Made by a program: the position numbers and the translations under genes. DNA of 64,000 nt from Bacilli bacterium (lineage in GTDB: Bacteria > Bacillota_I > Bacilli_A > RF39 > UBA660), in contig JAFQSD010000002.1 in assembly GCA_017409785.1 (NCBI GenBank), positions 162,597 through 226,596 of the forward strand, in the 5' to 3' direction. The notes beneath the pieces are model-generated. The model saw nothing but the letters and a program-made list of their open reading frames with translations, was not told where the DNA came from and searched no databases. Below are positions 9,381 through 19,652 of the stretch, in pieces; position 1 is the stretch's first letter; each line of letters begins with the position of its first letter.

Positions 9381-10273
9381 ACATCCATAGGATTAACATG
9401 AATAACTGCCAAATAAATACTATCTACTCTTTTAATAATTTCTTTTTCTAATTTATTCGCAATCTCATGACTTTCAAATGTTGATAAATTTCCATCAACA
9501 AATATAGTTAAAGAAATTTGATATTTATATCCAACCGGAGTTGAATTAAAATGATTAGTTTTAATTATTTCCTTATGTTCTTTAACTATCTCATAAACTT
9601 GATTTTTTGTTTCTTCATCCATTGCTTTATCCATTAATACATGATAACTCTCAATAAATATTTTTGTATATGTAAATAACATCCATAAACTAATTGCAAT
9701 ACCTACAATACCATCAAATATATAAACACCAATTAAAGTCATTAAACATGAAATAAGGTTTGCCCCTGTCACAAAACAATCAGCTATATGATCTTTTGAA
9801 TTAGCTTTAATAAGTAAATTATTATATTTTTTTGAAAGTTTATATGTGTATATAAATAATCCTATCTTAGTTATAATTGTAATTAAACAAACTATTACTA
9901 ACCAAATAGAAAAATTATACTTATCATTATTTACAATAACCATAATTGAATCTTTTAAAATAATTAATGCTGTTGCTAACATCGCAACACTTATAAGCAT
10001 TGAATAAATATATTCAGCCTTTCCATGTCCTAAATTATGATCATCATCACTAGGAATAGAAGCTATTCTATTTCCAACATATGTCATTACAGAAGATAGT
10101 ATATCTCCAGCACTATTAACACTATCCGCAATCATTGCTTGACTATTAGTTATAAATCCTACTATTGCTTTAATAATAAGTAAAAATATATTACCTATTA
10201 TTCCAAATATACTTGCTCTTTTTATATCCTTAAATTTCTTTTCTTCTCTATCTAATTTCATTCTATTCACCAC
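9362..10273 (-). CDS. Cation diffusion facilitator (CDF) family divalent-metal efflux transporter.
   Basis: It has six predicted TM helices and H/D-rich motifs (HNLGHGKAEY, DHIAD). It also has the C-terminal cytoplasmic domain typical of CzcD/ZitB-like proteins. Confidence 0.8.
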   Translation of the reverse strand: MVNRMKLDREEKKFKDIKRASIFGIIGNIFLLIIKAIVGFITNSQAMIADSVNSAGDILSSVMTYVGNRIASIPSDDDHNLGHGKAEYIYSMLISVAMLATALIILKDSIMVIVNNDKYNFSIWLVIVCLITIITKIGLFIYTYKLSKKYNNLLIKANSKDHIADCFVTGANLISCLMTLIGVYIFDGIVGIAISLWMLFTYTKIFIESYHVLMDKAMDEETKNQVYEIVKEHKEIIKTNHFNSTPVGYKYQISLTIFVDGNLSTFESHEIANKLEKEIIKRVDSIYLAVIHVNPMDVKKTKK

Positions 10274-10675
10274 TTAATCATATTCGCTAGAAAAGTATAA
10301 CATATAAAAAAATTATTTTAAAGACTAAACATTCATCTTTGACATCTATATCAATTCATACTATAATTAAATCAAGGAAACATTCAGTTATCTGAATGTC
10401 TACCTTTTAGTGGTTAGACATTTGTCCATTGGACGAGTGTCATTTTTTTATTACTATTATAATAAGGAGTACTAGTAATAAAATGAGTGATATGTATCTT
10501 AATACATTTATGACAAATATTCTTTTCTTCAACACTCAAACCTCCTTTCTTTTTAAAGTAAGAAGGTAGACACTTTTTAACTGAATGTTCCGGCTAATTA
10601 ATCTAACACAATACTAAAACTTATGCAAACGACAAAAAAGCAAATTCACAACACTTTGAACTTGTTTTTTATTTT

Positions 10676-11185
10676 TTAATTTTGTCTTAAATATTCACTT
10701 ACTGCATCAATTGTATCTCTAACTACATTCTTCTTAGTACAAACATCAAGTGATTTTTCTAATACATTCATAACTTCATCTTTATGAAAATAAGTAAGTT
10801 TAAAATTACCTTCTTTTTCACTCTCAGTAAATTTAACATTTTCTAAATTAGGAGTTTCATCACATTTAACAACATAGTAGTTTGCAACATAATTAGTATT
10901 ATCACCCTTATTAGGATAATCTTTACATAAATATTCAACTACAAAGTAAGGTTTTAAATCATTAATTTCTAAATCAATACCCGTCTCTTCTAAAATTTCT
11001 CTATGCAAACACACTTCATCACTTTCATTATCCTCTACATGTCCACCCACTAAATAATAATTATTATTTGTACTCGCAAGTAATATTTCATCTTTTGAAT
11101 TAATAATTATTGCTTTCGCACGTCCAACCACTTTATTAATATCATCTCTATCTAAATAATCATCATTATAAATTATCGTTTTCAT
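10676..11185 (-). CDS. NUDIX hydrolase.
   Basis: Nudix box GGHVEDNESDEVCLHREILEETG. Confidence 0.7.
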   Translation of the reverse strand: MKTIIYNDDYLDRDDINKVVGRAKAIIINSKDEILLASTNNNYYLVGGHVEDNESDEVCLHREILEETGIDLEINDLKPYFVVEYLCKDYPNKGDNTNYVANYYVVKCDETPNLENVKFTESEKEGNFKLTYFHKDEVMNVLEKSLDVCTKKNVVRDTIDAVSEYLRQN

Positions 11186-11844
11186 TTAACACTTTCCTTT
11201 CTTCTCACAGTTACATATAATTTTGTTTCAACACCTTCATACTCAGTCCAAATCTCAATATAATAATATCCCTTTTCTTTTACATACTGACTTATATCAC
11301 TAATATATTCTCCATCATACATAACTTTTTCTTTTCTACCATTCTTACGAATAAATAATCTTGTAAACTTAGGTTTTATCTCCTTACGAATTAATTTTTC
11401 ATCAAACGAATCACAATTAATTCTTATATTATCAGTATGTGTATAACATTCATTAACTTTAAAATCAAAAATAATTTTTTCATCTTCAAAAAATAAATTT
11501 TTATCATAAGCTTCTACGTTATACCAACCACCTAAATTTATTCTTCTAAAATATAACACTCCAGGAATAACTGGTACATCTTTATAATCTTCAAAACTAA
11601 TATTTTCATGTTTCCCATTAACATAAAATATATATTCATTACTCTTATTATAATAAGTATATGGTAAAGAAAAATAAAGTCTTCCAAAAATAATTCTAAT
11701 AAAAATCAAAATAACTAAAATAATTCCAAATAGAATTAATATAATTTTAATTTTTCTTTTCTTTTTATTTATTAACTCATTCTTAGCCTTATTATAATCC
11801 TCTAAAGCTTCTTTCTTTTTTCTTTTAATTTCCTCTTCTGTCAT
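11182..11844 (-). CDS. Membrane-anchored hypothetical protein.
   Basis: K/E-rich N-terminus followed by a TM helix (IILILFGIILVILIFIRIIF). It overlaps the downstream gene by 4 nt. Confidence 0.45.
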   Translation of the reverse strand: MTEEEIKRKKKEALEDYNKAKNELINKKKRKIKIILILFGIILVILIFIRIIFGRLYFSLPYTYYNKSNEYIFYVNGKHENISFEDYKDVPVIPGVLYFRRINLGGWYNVEAYDKNLFFEDEKIIFDFKVNECYTHTDNIRINCDSFDEKLIRKEIKPKFTRLFIRKNGRKEKVMYDGEYISDISQYVKEKGYYYIEIWTEYEGVETKLYVTVRRKESVK

Positions 11845-11900
11845 ATAATCACTTCTCTATTCTTATTAACTCTATCATAACACATAAAAAGAGGTATTTT

Positions 11901-12965
11901 CTACCCCTTTAAACTACTACTATCATTAATAAATAAAGTACTATACATAAATAATATATCTTGATTATTAAATTCTATTAAATCTTTAAAATTATCACTA
12001 CTAATATATCTATTATCAATTAATGTAATTTTTTCATAATATTTAACAAGTAATGGACTTAAACTACTTCCAAAACTATCTCTAAATATTACTAATTCTT
12101 TATCAGTAATAGAATTATTATTAGTAATCTCAATAAATGAACTAGCCCCATCTAAATAAACATCATAACTATCCATTCCATCTAATTTATCTACATTATA
12201 AATACCAGTTAATTTATCATTTTCTAAATACTTAACAGTAACATTATCAAGAACATCATTAGTTAAATAAACTAATTCTTCTGGTTTTCTATTTATCGCA
12301 CTTTCTCCATAGTAAACACCATAAAATTTATCATATTTATTTTCTTTATATTTAGTTTTTTCATAATTAAAGTCTAAACTATCATCCATTCTATTTACTA
12401 CTTTATCTAACTTTTCTTGTCTCCAATGAGTATCAGTTTCATAATAATCAGAAAGTTCTAATATATCTCTTAATTCAATATTTCTAAAACCAAGTTTATT
12501 AACTTCTTTATAAATATAATCATAATCTATTCCTAAGAAATCATCACTTTCTAAATAATAATTCTTATCAGGAATAATCATCATATAAGCTTTATTATCT
12601 TTACTTAATAAACTATTTAATTTATTAATTTTATCTATAAAATTATTAATAGACTTTTTATTAGTTGGATAATTACTTTTAAATATATAGTTATCCTTTA
12701 AATAAATACCATTATTATCAAGTTGTCCTAATACTTTAAAATTATACAAAGCTTTAATACTTCTAAATTCATCTCTTAATACAAAATGATCTAATAAATA
12801 CCCATCTACTTCACTAATCCATTCTGAATTAAATTCAAATTCTGGAAAAGTCTTTAATTTTCTTCTTTCACTATTACTAATTTCCTTATCAGGAATTAAA
12901 ATACCTAGTACTGAGAATATTCCAATATACGCAACAAATATTATTACTAAAATTTTATTCTTCAT
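11901..12965 (-). CDS. DHHW-family protein, an extracytoplasmic partner of the MBOAT acyltransferase (AlgJ/DltD-like).
   Basis: It has an N-terminal signal anchor and a DTHW motif (YYETDTHWRQ). It sits immediately downstream of the MBOAT gene, which is the classic pairing. Confidence 0.65.
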   Translation of the reverse strand: MKNKILVIIFVAYIGIFSVLGILIPDKEISNSERRKLKTFPEFEFNSEWISEVDGYLLDHFVLRDEFRSIKALYNFKVLGQLDNNGIYLKDNYIFKSNYPTNKKSINNFIDKINKLNSLLSKDNKAYMMIIPDKNYYLESDDFLGIDYDYIYKEVNKLGFRNIELRDILELSDYYETDTHWRQEKLDKVVNRMDDSLDFNYEKTKYKENKYDKFYGVYYGESAINRKPEELVYLTNDVLDNVTVKYLENDKLTGIYNVDKLDGMDSYDVYLDGASSFIEITNNNSITDKELVIFRDSFGSSLSPLLVKYYEKITLIDNRYISSDNFKDLIEFNNQDILFMYSTLFINDSSSLKG

Positions 12966-12973
12966 AATATCAC

Positions 12974-14353
12974 CTAAAATCTAAAGTATAAGAATGGATT
13001 AAATGAAGCATCTATTAAGAATGCTGTTGTTAAAACTAGTAATGCCATACATCCAACTACTTCTAAACATTCTACTACTTTTCCATACTTTCCTTTTTTT
13101 ATCTTTACTAATATATTCTTCATTAATGGTGTTGCTCCAATAATAGAAATAATTAATAATACTAAATAACTTTTTAAATAATAAATGGTTGTACCACTAG
13201 TTAAAGGAATATCATTTATCATAAACATATTACCCAAACTAGTAAATATTTCATTAACACTATTACTATTAAATATTAAGAAACTAATAACAACAATTAA
13301 ACTTGTATAAATATATTTAAATACTTTTGTCTTATCAATATATTTCTTTAAGAATAATTTTTCAATAACAAGTAACACACCAAAGTATAATCCCCATATT
13401 ATAAAATTCCAACTAGCTCCATGCCAAAATCCTGTTAAGAACCAAACAACAAATATATTTCTAATTTGTTTAACTATTCCTTTTCTATTTCCACCTAGTG
13501 GAATATAAACATAATCTCTAAACCAACTAGAAAGTGACATATGCCATCTTCTCCAGAAGTCAGTAATACTACTTGCAATTAAAGGATAATTAAAGTTTTC
13601 TAAGAATCTAAATCCAAACATTAATCCAAGTCCTATAGCCATATCACTATACCCACTAAAATCAAAATAAATTTGTAATGTAAATAGAATTGGTTTTAAC
13701 CAACTAGCTAATAAATCAACTTCAATTAAATTACTTGCAAACTCTCCTAATACATTAGCAAGTAATACTTTCTTAGAAAGACCAATAATAAATCTAGTTA
13801 TTCCCTCACCAAACTTATCAAAATTACTTTCTCTTTTAACTAATTCTTTTTCAATATCAATATATCTAACTATTGGCCCTGCCACCAGTTGCGGGAATAA
13901 AGATATGTATGTCATAAAATCAAGTAGTTTCTTTGCTGGTTTATGTTTACCCATATAAACATCAAATACATATCCCATTGCTTGAAATGTAAAGAAACTA
14001 ATACCTATAGGCATTACTATATATAAATAATTTATATTACTATTAAAAATACTATTAATATTTTCAATAAAAAAATCAGTATATTTAAATATAAGTAATT
14101 GTCCTACATTATAAATAATTGAAATAATTAACCAAAACTTCTTATTCTTACTCTTACTTATTTTATTTCCAAAGAAATAGTTAAGTAAACAAGAAAGAAT
14201 TAGTATTACTATATATTTAGGTTCTCCTAAAAAATAAAAAATTAAACTAAATATTAGTAATACTAAATTCTTATATTTTTTAGGAACTAAAAAATATATA
14301 AGTAATAGTATTGGTAAAAAATAATAAATAAATGTAATACTAGAAAATAGCAT
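12974..14353 (-). CDS. MBOAT family membrane-bound O-acyltransferase (AlgI/DltB-like).
   Basis: It is polytopic, and the conserved MBOAT histidine region is present (WRRWHMSLSSWFRDYVYIPLGG). Confidence 0.85.
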   Translation of the reverse strand: MLFSSITFIYYFLPILLLIYFLVPKKYKNLVLLIFSLIFYFLGEPKYIVILILSCLLNYFFGNKISKSKNKKFWLIISIIYNVGQLLIFKYTDFFIENINSIFNSNINYLYIVMPIGISFFTFQAMGYVFDVYMGKHKPAKKLLDFMTYISLFPQLVAGPIVRYIDIEKELVKRESNFDKFGEGITRFIIGLSKKVLLANVLGEFASNLIEVDLLASWLKPILFTLQIYFDFSGYSDMAIGLGLMFGFRFLENFNYPLIASSITDFWRRWHMSLSSWFRDYVYIPLGGNRKGIVKQIRNIFVVWFLTGFWHGASWNFIIWGLYFGVLLVIEKLFLKKYIDKTKVFKYIYTSLIVVISFLIFNSNSVNEIFTSLGNMFMINDIPLTSGTTIYYLKSYLVLLIISIIGATPLMKNILVKIKKGKYGKVVECLEVVGCMALLVLTTAFLIDASFNPFLYFRF

Positions 14354-14365
14354 ATTCCACCTCTA

Positions 14366-14396
14366 CTAAAAAAAGGTCCTAAGACCTCTTTTTTTA
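14366..14396. terminator. Bidirectional hairpin terminator.
   Basis: Hairpin aggtcctaagacct flanked by A- and T-runs. Confidence 0.55.
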
Positions 14397-14870
14397 TTTT
14401 AATTTTTCAAAAGCATCTTCTATTTTTTCACGAGTAGTTTCGTCTTCAATCATAATTAAAGCAATTAAGTTACCCTTGTCTTCAACGATAACATCATCTT
14501 CTTCAACACCTACACAAACCCATTTTCTTGGATTAATAGAGTTTTCAATCTTTTCTTCAATTGCTTCTATATTAGCATTATCTTTAACTCTAACTAAAAC
14601 TACTGAGTGAGCAATAGAACCAATTCCTGGTTCACTAGCTAAAGCTTCTTCAAACTCAATATCTTTACTTCCTAAAAAATATTCAACATTTTCATCAGTT
14701 ACTTCAGTATTCATTAACATCATTGGTCTTTGATCCTCAGGAATTTCAGCATATAATTTAGTCATTATATCTTCTAAAGATCCTTCGATATTCTTATTTC
14801 CACATCCAGTTAATACAACTGCTGCAACTAACATAATTATAATTAAACTTAACTTTTTAAATACTTTCAT
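14394..14870 (-). CDS. Lipoprotein (DUF4358-like).
   Basis: Signal peptide with an LTGC lipobox. The soluble domain is acidic. Confidence 0.5.
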   Translation of the reverse strand: MKVFKKLSLIIIMLVAAVVLTGCGNKNIEGSLEDIMTKLYAEIPEDQRPMMLMNTEVTDENVEYFLGSKDIEFEEALASEPGIGSIAHSVVLVRVKDNANIEAIEEKIENSINPRKWVCVGVEEDDVIVEDKGNLIALIMIEDETTREKIEDAFEKLK

Positions 14871-14963
14871 ATTCTCCTCCTAAAGAAATCATATCATATC
14901 TATAAATATAATCAAGTACCAAAATTTCGACATCTATATATACCAATAAAAAAAGATTTATCT

Positions 14964-15410
14964 CTAAATCTTTTTCTTTCTTAATGCAATAATTCTATTT
15001 CTTTTACCACAATTTGGACATGTGGTATGTTTAATACCACACTTCTTAGGTAAAGGTGTCTTTATCGTTGTACCACAACTACATTTTTTATATAAATGTT
15101 TTCTATCTTTAATTCTTCTAATAATATTTTTAAAAGGACTAATTAATCCATATCTAATATTATTAAATATTTGATTTTCTTTAACTCTCTTATACATATC
15201 TTTAGACATAAATCTATATCCGATAATAATCATTGTTATTAACTGTAATAATCCAACTATATAACTATCTAAGAATATATCTAAAATAACTAAAATAATT
15301 AAGAAATAAAATTGAAATTTAATTAAATCATCAATTCCATTTCTCCCCATAATTGCTCTATTATATAAACTCTTAAAAATGTCTTTATAATTAATCATTT
15401 CTTCTACCAA
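14964..15410 (-). CDS. Membrane protein with a C-terminal zinc ribbon.
   Basis: Two TM helices, then CSCG…CPNCG. Confidence 0.45.
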   Translation of the reverse strand: MVEEMINYKDIFKSLYNRAIMGRNGIDDLIKFQFYFLIILVILDIFLDSYIVGLLQLITMIIIGYRFMSKDMYKRVKENQIFNNIRYGLISPFKNIIRRIKDRKHLYKKCSCGTTIKTPLPKKCGIKHTTCPNCGKRNRIIALRKKKI

Positions 15411-16092
15411 TCATTAACACTAATCTTAATATTTGAATTAAAGTAGATGCAACTGAAGCAACATATGTCATAGCAGCAGCACTTAACATAACTTTTCCTT
15501 GTCCTAACTCTCTACTAGTAAAAAAGTTATATTCTTTAACTAGTTTTAATGCTCGACTACTAGCATTTAACTCAACAGGTAATGTAATAATTTGAAATAA
15601 TAAAATAGCAATTTCAAATAAGATACCTAACCATACTAAATTAAGGGCTCCGAAGGCAAAACCAATCACAATTGCAATATATCCTGCATAAGATGAAAAG
15701 TTAACAATAGGTATTAAACTAGCTCTAATTCTCATAAAGAAATATCCATCTTTATCTTGTATAGCATGTCCACATTCATGAGCAGCAACACTAATTCCCG
15801 CAACACTTGTACCATGATAAATCTCACTAGATAAAGCAACGGCTCTACTTCTAGGATCATAATGATCACTTAGTGTACCTCTAGTTTCAACTACTTTAAC
15901 ATCATTAAGACCATTTCTATCTAAAATCTCTCTAGCAGCTTCTCTACCAGTAATACCTTTTTGATTTCTAACTTTCTTATATTTACTATAACTTCCATTA
16001 ACAAAAAGTTGTGCGCCTAAAGTTATAATTAATGAAATAAAAGTTAATCCATATACTATAAAAAAATCCATATTTTTATTTCCTCCTATCAA
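15391..16092 (-). CDS. Membrane-associated zinc metallopeptidase (Zn_peptidase_2 family).
   Basis: HECGHAIQ is an HExxH motif. There is an N-terminal TM helix and C-terminal hydrophobic segments. Confidence 0.75.
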   Translation of the reverse strand: MIGGNKNMDFFIVYGLTFISLIITLGAQLFVNGSYSKYKKVRNQKGITGREAAREILDRNGLNDVKVVETRGTLSDHYDPRSRAVALSSEIYHGTSVAGISVAAHECGHAIQDKDGYFFMRIRASLIPIVNFSSYAGYIAIVIGFAFGALNLVWLGILFEIAILLFQIITLPVELNASSRALKLVKEYNFFTSRELGQGKVMLSAAAMTYVASVASTLIQILRLVLMIGRRND

Positions 16093-16129
16093 TATTTATA
16101 TTATAACATATATAAGATTATATACTACC

Positions 16130-16768
16130 TCAAGCTTTTTCTTCAACTATCATTGAATTAGCATAAATCTTCTTTAAATATTCATCTGGAAATTTATTAT
16201 CCAACCAAATCTCAAATTTATTCTTTGGTAACCATCCTTTTCTTCTGTTTTTTTGACGAATCATAGCCACTAAAGAAATAAACAAATCATATACAATAAA
16301 TACAAACATACAATAAGTAATTACTTTAAATATATTTTCATTGTAAAACAATATAGTTAATAACTCTAAAAATTTAGGATATAAACTACACCAAACAATA
16401 CCAAATAAACCAAACCCTAATAAATATACTAAATTAATTCTACCATGCAAATTATATTTCATATTTGAATAATCCCATGAAATAGTACCAGTTACCTTTT
16501 CTTGAAATAGACTCGAAAAATATTCAACAATAGCTCCTATAAAAAAAGTAACTAAAAATATAGTATGTTTCTTTTTTATACTTAGTAATTCAATGATTAC
16601 CACTACAAACATTCCTGCAAGCCCATATATAGGAATTAAATGACCATAAATAAGTCCTTTCCTACTTTCAATTTTTCTCCATCGAATCATACACCATATT
16701 GTTTCAAGTAAAAAACCAAAAAAACTTCCAAAAACAAATAGCCAAAAAAATTTATAGAATTCTTCCAT
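16130..16768 (-). CDS. Polytopic membrane protein (putative ABC-transporter type IV / DUF1113-like).
   Basis: Five to six TM helices, with FGSFFGFLLETIW at the N-terminus. Confidence 0.45.
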   Translation of the reverse strand: MEEFYKFFWLFVFGSFFGFLLETIWCMIRWRKIESRKGLIYGHLIPIYGLAGMFVVVIIELLSIKKKHTIFLVTFFIGAIVEYFSSLFQEKVTGTISWDYSNMKYNLHGRINLVYLLGFGLFGIVWCSLYPKFLELLTILFYNENIFKVITYCMFVFIVYDLFISLVAMIRQKNRRKGWLPKNKFEIWLDNKFPDEYLKKIYANSMIVEEKA

Positions 16769-16859
16769 ACAAAATCTCCTCTAAAAAATACTACTATAAA
16801 ATTATGTGTAAAATATGTAATTCATTAAAAAAACATATAACAAATGTTATATGCTTATA

Positions 16860-17360
16860 TTATTTTTTATCTTTAGTACTACAAATCCAACCAGCTTCCA
16901 TCCAATCATTTTCATATTTTCTATAAACATCATTTTGCGATAAGTTATGCACATACCACATTGGATCACTACTATCAGAAATTAAAAATGTATCTGTACC
17001 AATTACTCTAACATTATTTCTGCCTTCTTCACTAATTAATCTATCACGTTCTGACTCAGCAATTTCAACACTACTACATTTAATTAATCTTTCAAATCTA
17101 ACAGCCTTATAATTATCATAATAATATTTCATATAAGAACCATCTTTACTATCACATACTATTACTTGGTCATAATTAGTAAATTCTTCAACTCTTTCAT
17201 TTTCAATTTCTTCTTTAACTTCTTCTTCAATAACTTCATCATTATTTTTTGGAGAAGCTGTAGTAACCTTACCACTTCTAGCACATCCACTAACACTAAC
17301 CACTAACATCAAACATAAAATTAAACCTAAAATTTTCTGCATAGTAAATCTCCTTACCAT
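16860..17360 (-). CDS. Lipoprotein.
   Basis: Signal peptide with a VSGC lipobox. Confidence 0.5.
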   Translation of the reverse strand: MVRRFTMQKILGLILCLMLVVSVSGCARSGKVTTASPKNNDEVIEEEVKEEIENERVEEFTNYDQVIVCDSKDGSYMKYYYDNYKAVRFERLIKCSSVEIAESERDRLISEEGRNNVRVIGTDTFLISDSSDPMWYVHNLSQNDVYRKYENDWMEAGWICSTKDKK

Positions 17361-18289
17361 TTCTTTGTACTTTTCTTTTCTTCTTTTTTTCTTCGTCTAA
17401 TTTCTTCTTTTTCTGCTAAAATCTTTTCTCTTGCTTCAGCTTTAGTTTTTTTCCAATACTCTTTATTATAAATTTCATAAGTATCTCCGTTTTGAATAAC
17501 TTTCATACCTTTACATTCTTTAACTAATAAAACAGTAAATGCAAGTCTACCATTTTCATCAAGTAAAGCATAACCTTTACTCATAAAATCTAAAAGTTTA
17601 TCTCTACCAGAAAAATAATCAATATAAACATCTTTATTACTTACAACAATCTTTCTAATATTATCATCACTAGTGCCTCTAATACTTTCCATTGTCTCAT
17701 TATAGAAATCACTTCTTTTAATTCTATTTGTTTTACTTATAAATTTAATTGTTATAATTATTATCTTTGTTATAGCAACCATTAGTCCTACAATAAATAT
17801 TCCAACAATTCCTGTAACAATGGCCCATATGGCCATAAATATTAATGATAAAGCCATTGCTATAATAAACCATAATGCATTTAAGAAATTATCAAATGCT
17901 CCATTCCAGCCAATATCAACTATTGCAATAGCAATTAAACTAAAAACATATGTACCAAGAAAAATAGTAGGTAATGCCATACCGATTGCTTCACCAAAAT
18001 TTTCTTTTTTAGCAAACACTAATATTAAGTAAGAAATTAACCAAGCAATTCCCGTTGCAATAACAATCCCTAAGACTTCAAAAGATAACATATCTCCTTC
18101 CATTACTCCAGGTAATTGTCTTAATAATAATGACACCATATTAATTGAACCATAGACAACTAACCCTAAACCACCTACTATTAAAAATGGCATAAATGGT
18201 AATAATAATATTCCAATTAATCCAGCTCCACCGTCATCAACTTCTATACTCCCAAGAAATTCTCCCGCAGCATCAAAAACTTTAAACAT
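17354..18289 (-). CDS. Polytopic membrane protein with a cytoplasmic C-terminal domain.
   Basis: Multiple hydrophobic helices, then a soluble K/E-rich C-terminus. Confidence 0.5.
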   Translation of the reverse strand: MFKVFDAAGEFLGSIEVDDGGAGLIGILLLPFMPFLIVGGLGLVVYGSINMVSLLLRQLPGVMEGDMLSFEVLGIVIATGIAWLISYLILVFAKKENFGEAIGMALPTIFLGTYVFSLIAIAIVDIGWNGAFDNFLNALWFIIAMALSLIFMAIWAIVTGIVGIFIVGLMVAITKIIIITIKFISKTNRIKRSDFYNETMESIRGTSDDNIRKIVVSNKDVYIDYFSGRDKLLDFMSKGYALLDENGRLAFTVLLVKECKGMKVIQNGDTYEIYNKEYWKKTKAEAREKILAEKEEIRRRKKEEKKSTKKW

Positions 18290-18301
18290 CTAACTTACCT
18301 C

Positions 18302-19054
18302 CTAATTACAAGATTGACCTTGACTCATTAATTTAGCATTTTTAACTTCCTCAGGCATAACTATTTTTTGTTCACCAATTTTATCAAATGTTACAGTACG
18401 TTTACCTGTACCATATAAACTTGTATAATTAATTACTAATTCTTTAACTTTATTTTTTTCTAATCTAACAGCAACACTTACATTACCATCTTTTGTTGGA
18501 AATATTTCTCCAGTTACTTCTTTTATTTTATCTTCAGTTAAATTAAAATTATAAGTGTCTTTCTCTATTGTTCCTTCAAGATCTTTAGTCATCATTACTA
18601 TCATTCCATAAACACTATCAACATCAGTATAAGTACCTTTTACTCTTTCATAATAATTCCAACCACTACCACATTGAAAATCATAAGCAAATGATTTATT
18701 AGTAGAAAAATCATTATATGAAAGTCTTGTTTCTTCAGTACCTGCTAAACTATCAACACTATAGTCACTCATCGCACTAGTCTTATATTTTGAAGAAGTA
18801 ATTTTTGATGTAACAAGTTTACTATCTTTATCAACTACATATTTATATTCAACAATATCAGAATAATAAGTTTCATAACTTTCAGATAATACAGTATGTG
18901 TATAATCATTTTTCTTTAAATTATCTAACGCAACATCATACTTTTCTTCTGGAGTTAAACTCTTTTCACTAGATGATTGCTTTTCTCTAGTACTACACCC
19001 TGTTATATTAATAATCATTAATAAACTAAGCATAATTAACAAAAGTTTTTTCAT
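18302..19054 (-). CDS. Lipoprotein. The start is trimmed to the internal Met preceded by a good RBS.
   Basis: MKKLLLIMLSLLMIINITGC forms a signal peptide and lipobox. An aagaggtg RBS lies 8 nt upstream of the ATG at 19054. The longer track ORF (to 19174) lacks an RBS. Confidence 0.5.
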   Translation of the reverse strand: MKKLLLIMLSLLMIINITGCSTREKQSSSEKSLTPEEKYDVALDNLKKNDYTHTVLSESYETYYSDIVEYKYVVDKDSKLVTSKITSSKYKTSAMSDYSVDSLAGTEETRLSYNDFSTNKSFAYDFQCGSGWNYYERVKGTYTDVDSVYGMIVMMTKDLEGTIEKDTYNFNLTEDKIKEVTGEIFPTKDGNVSVAVRLEKNKVKELVINYTSLYGTGKRTVTFDKIGEQKIVMPEEVKNAKLMSQGQSCN

Positions 19055-19160
19055 ATAAACACCTCTTATATGATTATATAAAACTAAAAATTTAAATAAC
19101 ATATTGTTGTAACCAACAACATATTTTTTGTAAAAAAAAACATAACTTTCGTTATGTTTT

Positions 19161-19583
19161 TTATTTAATCTCACATGTATATTTAAATAAACTTAATTCA
19201 TTATCTTCTAAAGAAGCACGAATAGTTTCAATCATATCATCTGATTCCATATTTTCATAATAGTTTTTAGGATCTACATAAATATTTTTAATTGTATTTG
19301 AATCAACTTTTTCAACTTTAAAAGAATCATCACTTCTATATATCTCTAATACATTATCAATAGATGTTCTCTTTAAATATTCTTCATCAAAATCTAAAAT
19401 ATTATATTTAGAAAATTCAACTACCTTATTATTTTCAACTACATACTCTTCATAAGAAGTAATTACTGGATTATTTCCTCTAGCCTCACTCTTACAAATA
19501 ATTGTTCCACTATTTGAACTACTACATCCACTTAATAAAAGTACTACAAATAAAATTGAAATTAAACTAATTATCTTTTTCAT
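19161..19583 (-). CDS. Lipoprotein.
   Basis: Signal peptide with an LSGC lipobox. Confidence 0.5.
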   Translation of the reverse strand: MKKIISLISILFVVLLLSGCSSSNSGTIICKSEARGNNPVITSYEEYVVENNKVVEFSKYNILDFDEEYLKRTSIDNVLEIYRSDDSFKVEKVDSNTIKNIYVDPKNYYENMESDDMIETIRASLEDNELSLFKYTCEIK

Positions 19584-19619
19584 ATATACTCTCCTTATTA
19601 TTAGTATAACATTTAATAA

Positions 19620-19652
19620 TAAAAAAGAAGAGAAAAATTTTTCTCTTCTAAG
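19620..19652 (-). terminator. Rho-independent terminator after aspS.
   Basis: Hairpin agaagagaaaaatttttctcttct followed by a T-run. Confidence 0.6.

Noticed and set aside
16699-18032. Small antisense ORFs 16699-16926 (+) and 17820-18032 (+).
   Set aside because: They overlap longer minus-strand genes that have good starts. They have no RBS and their composition is driven by the opposite strand.
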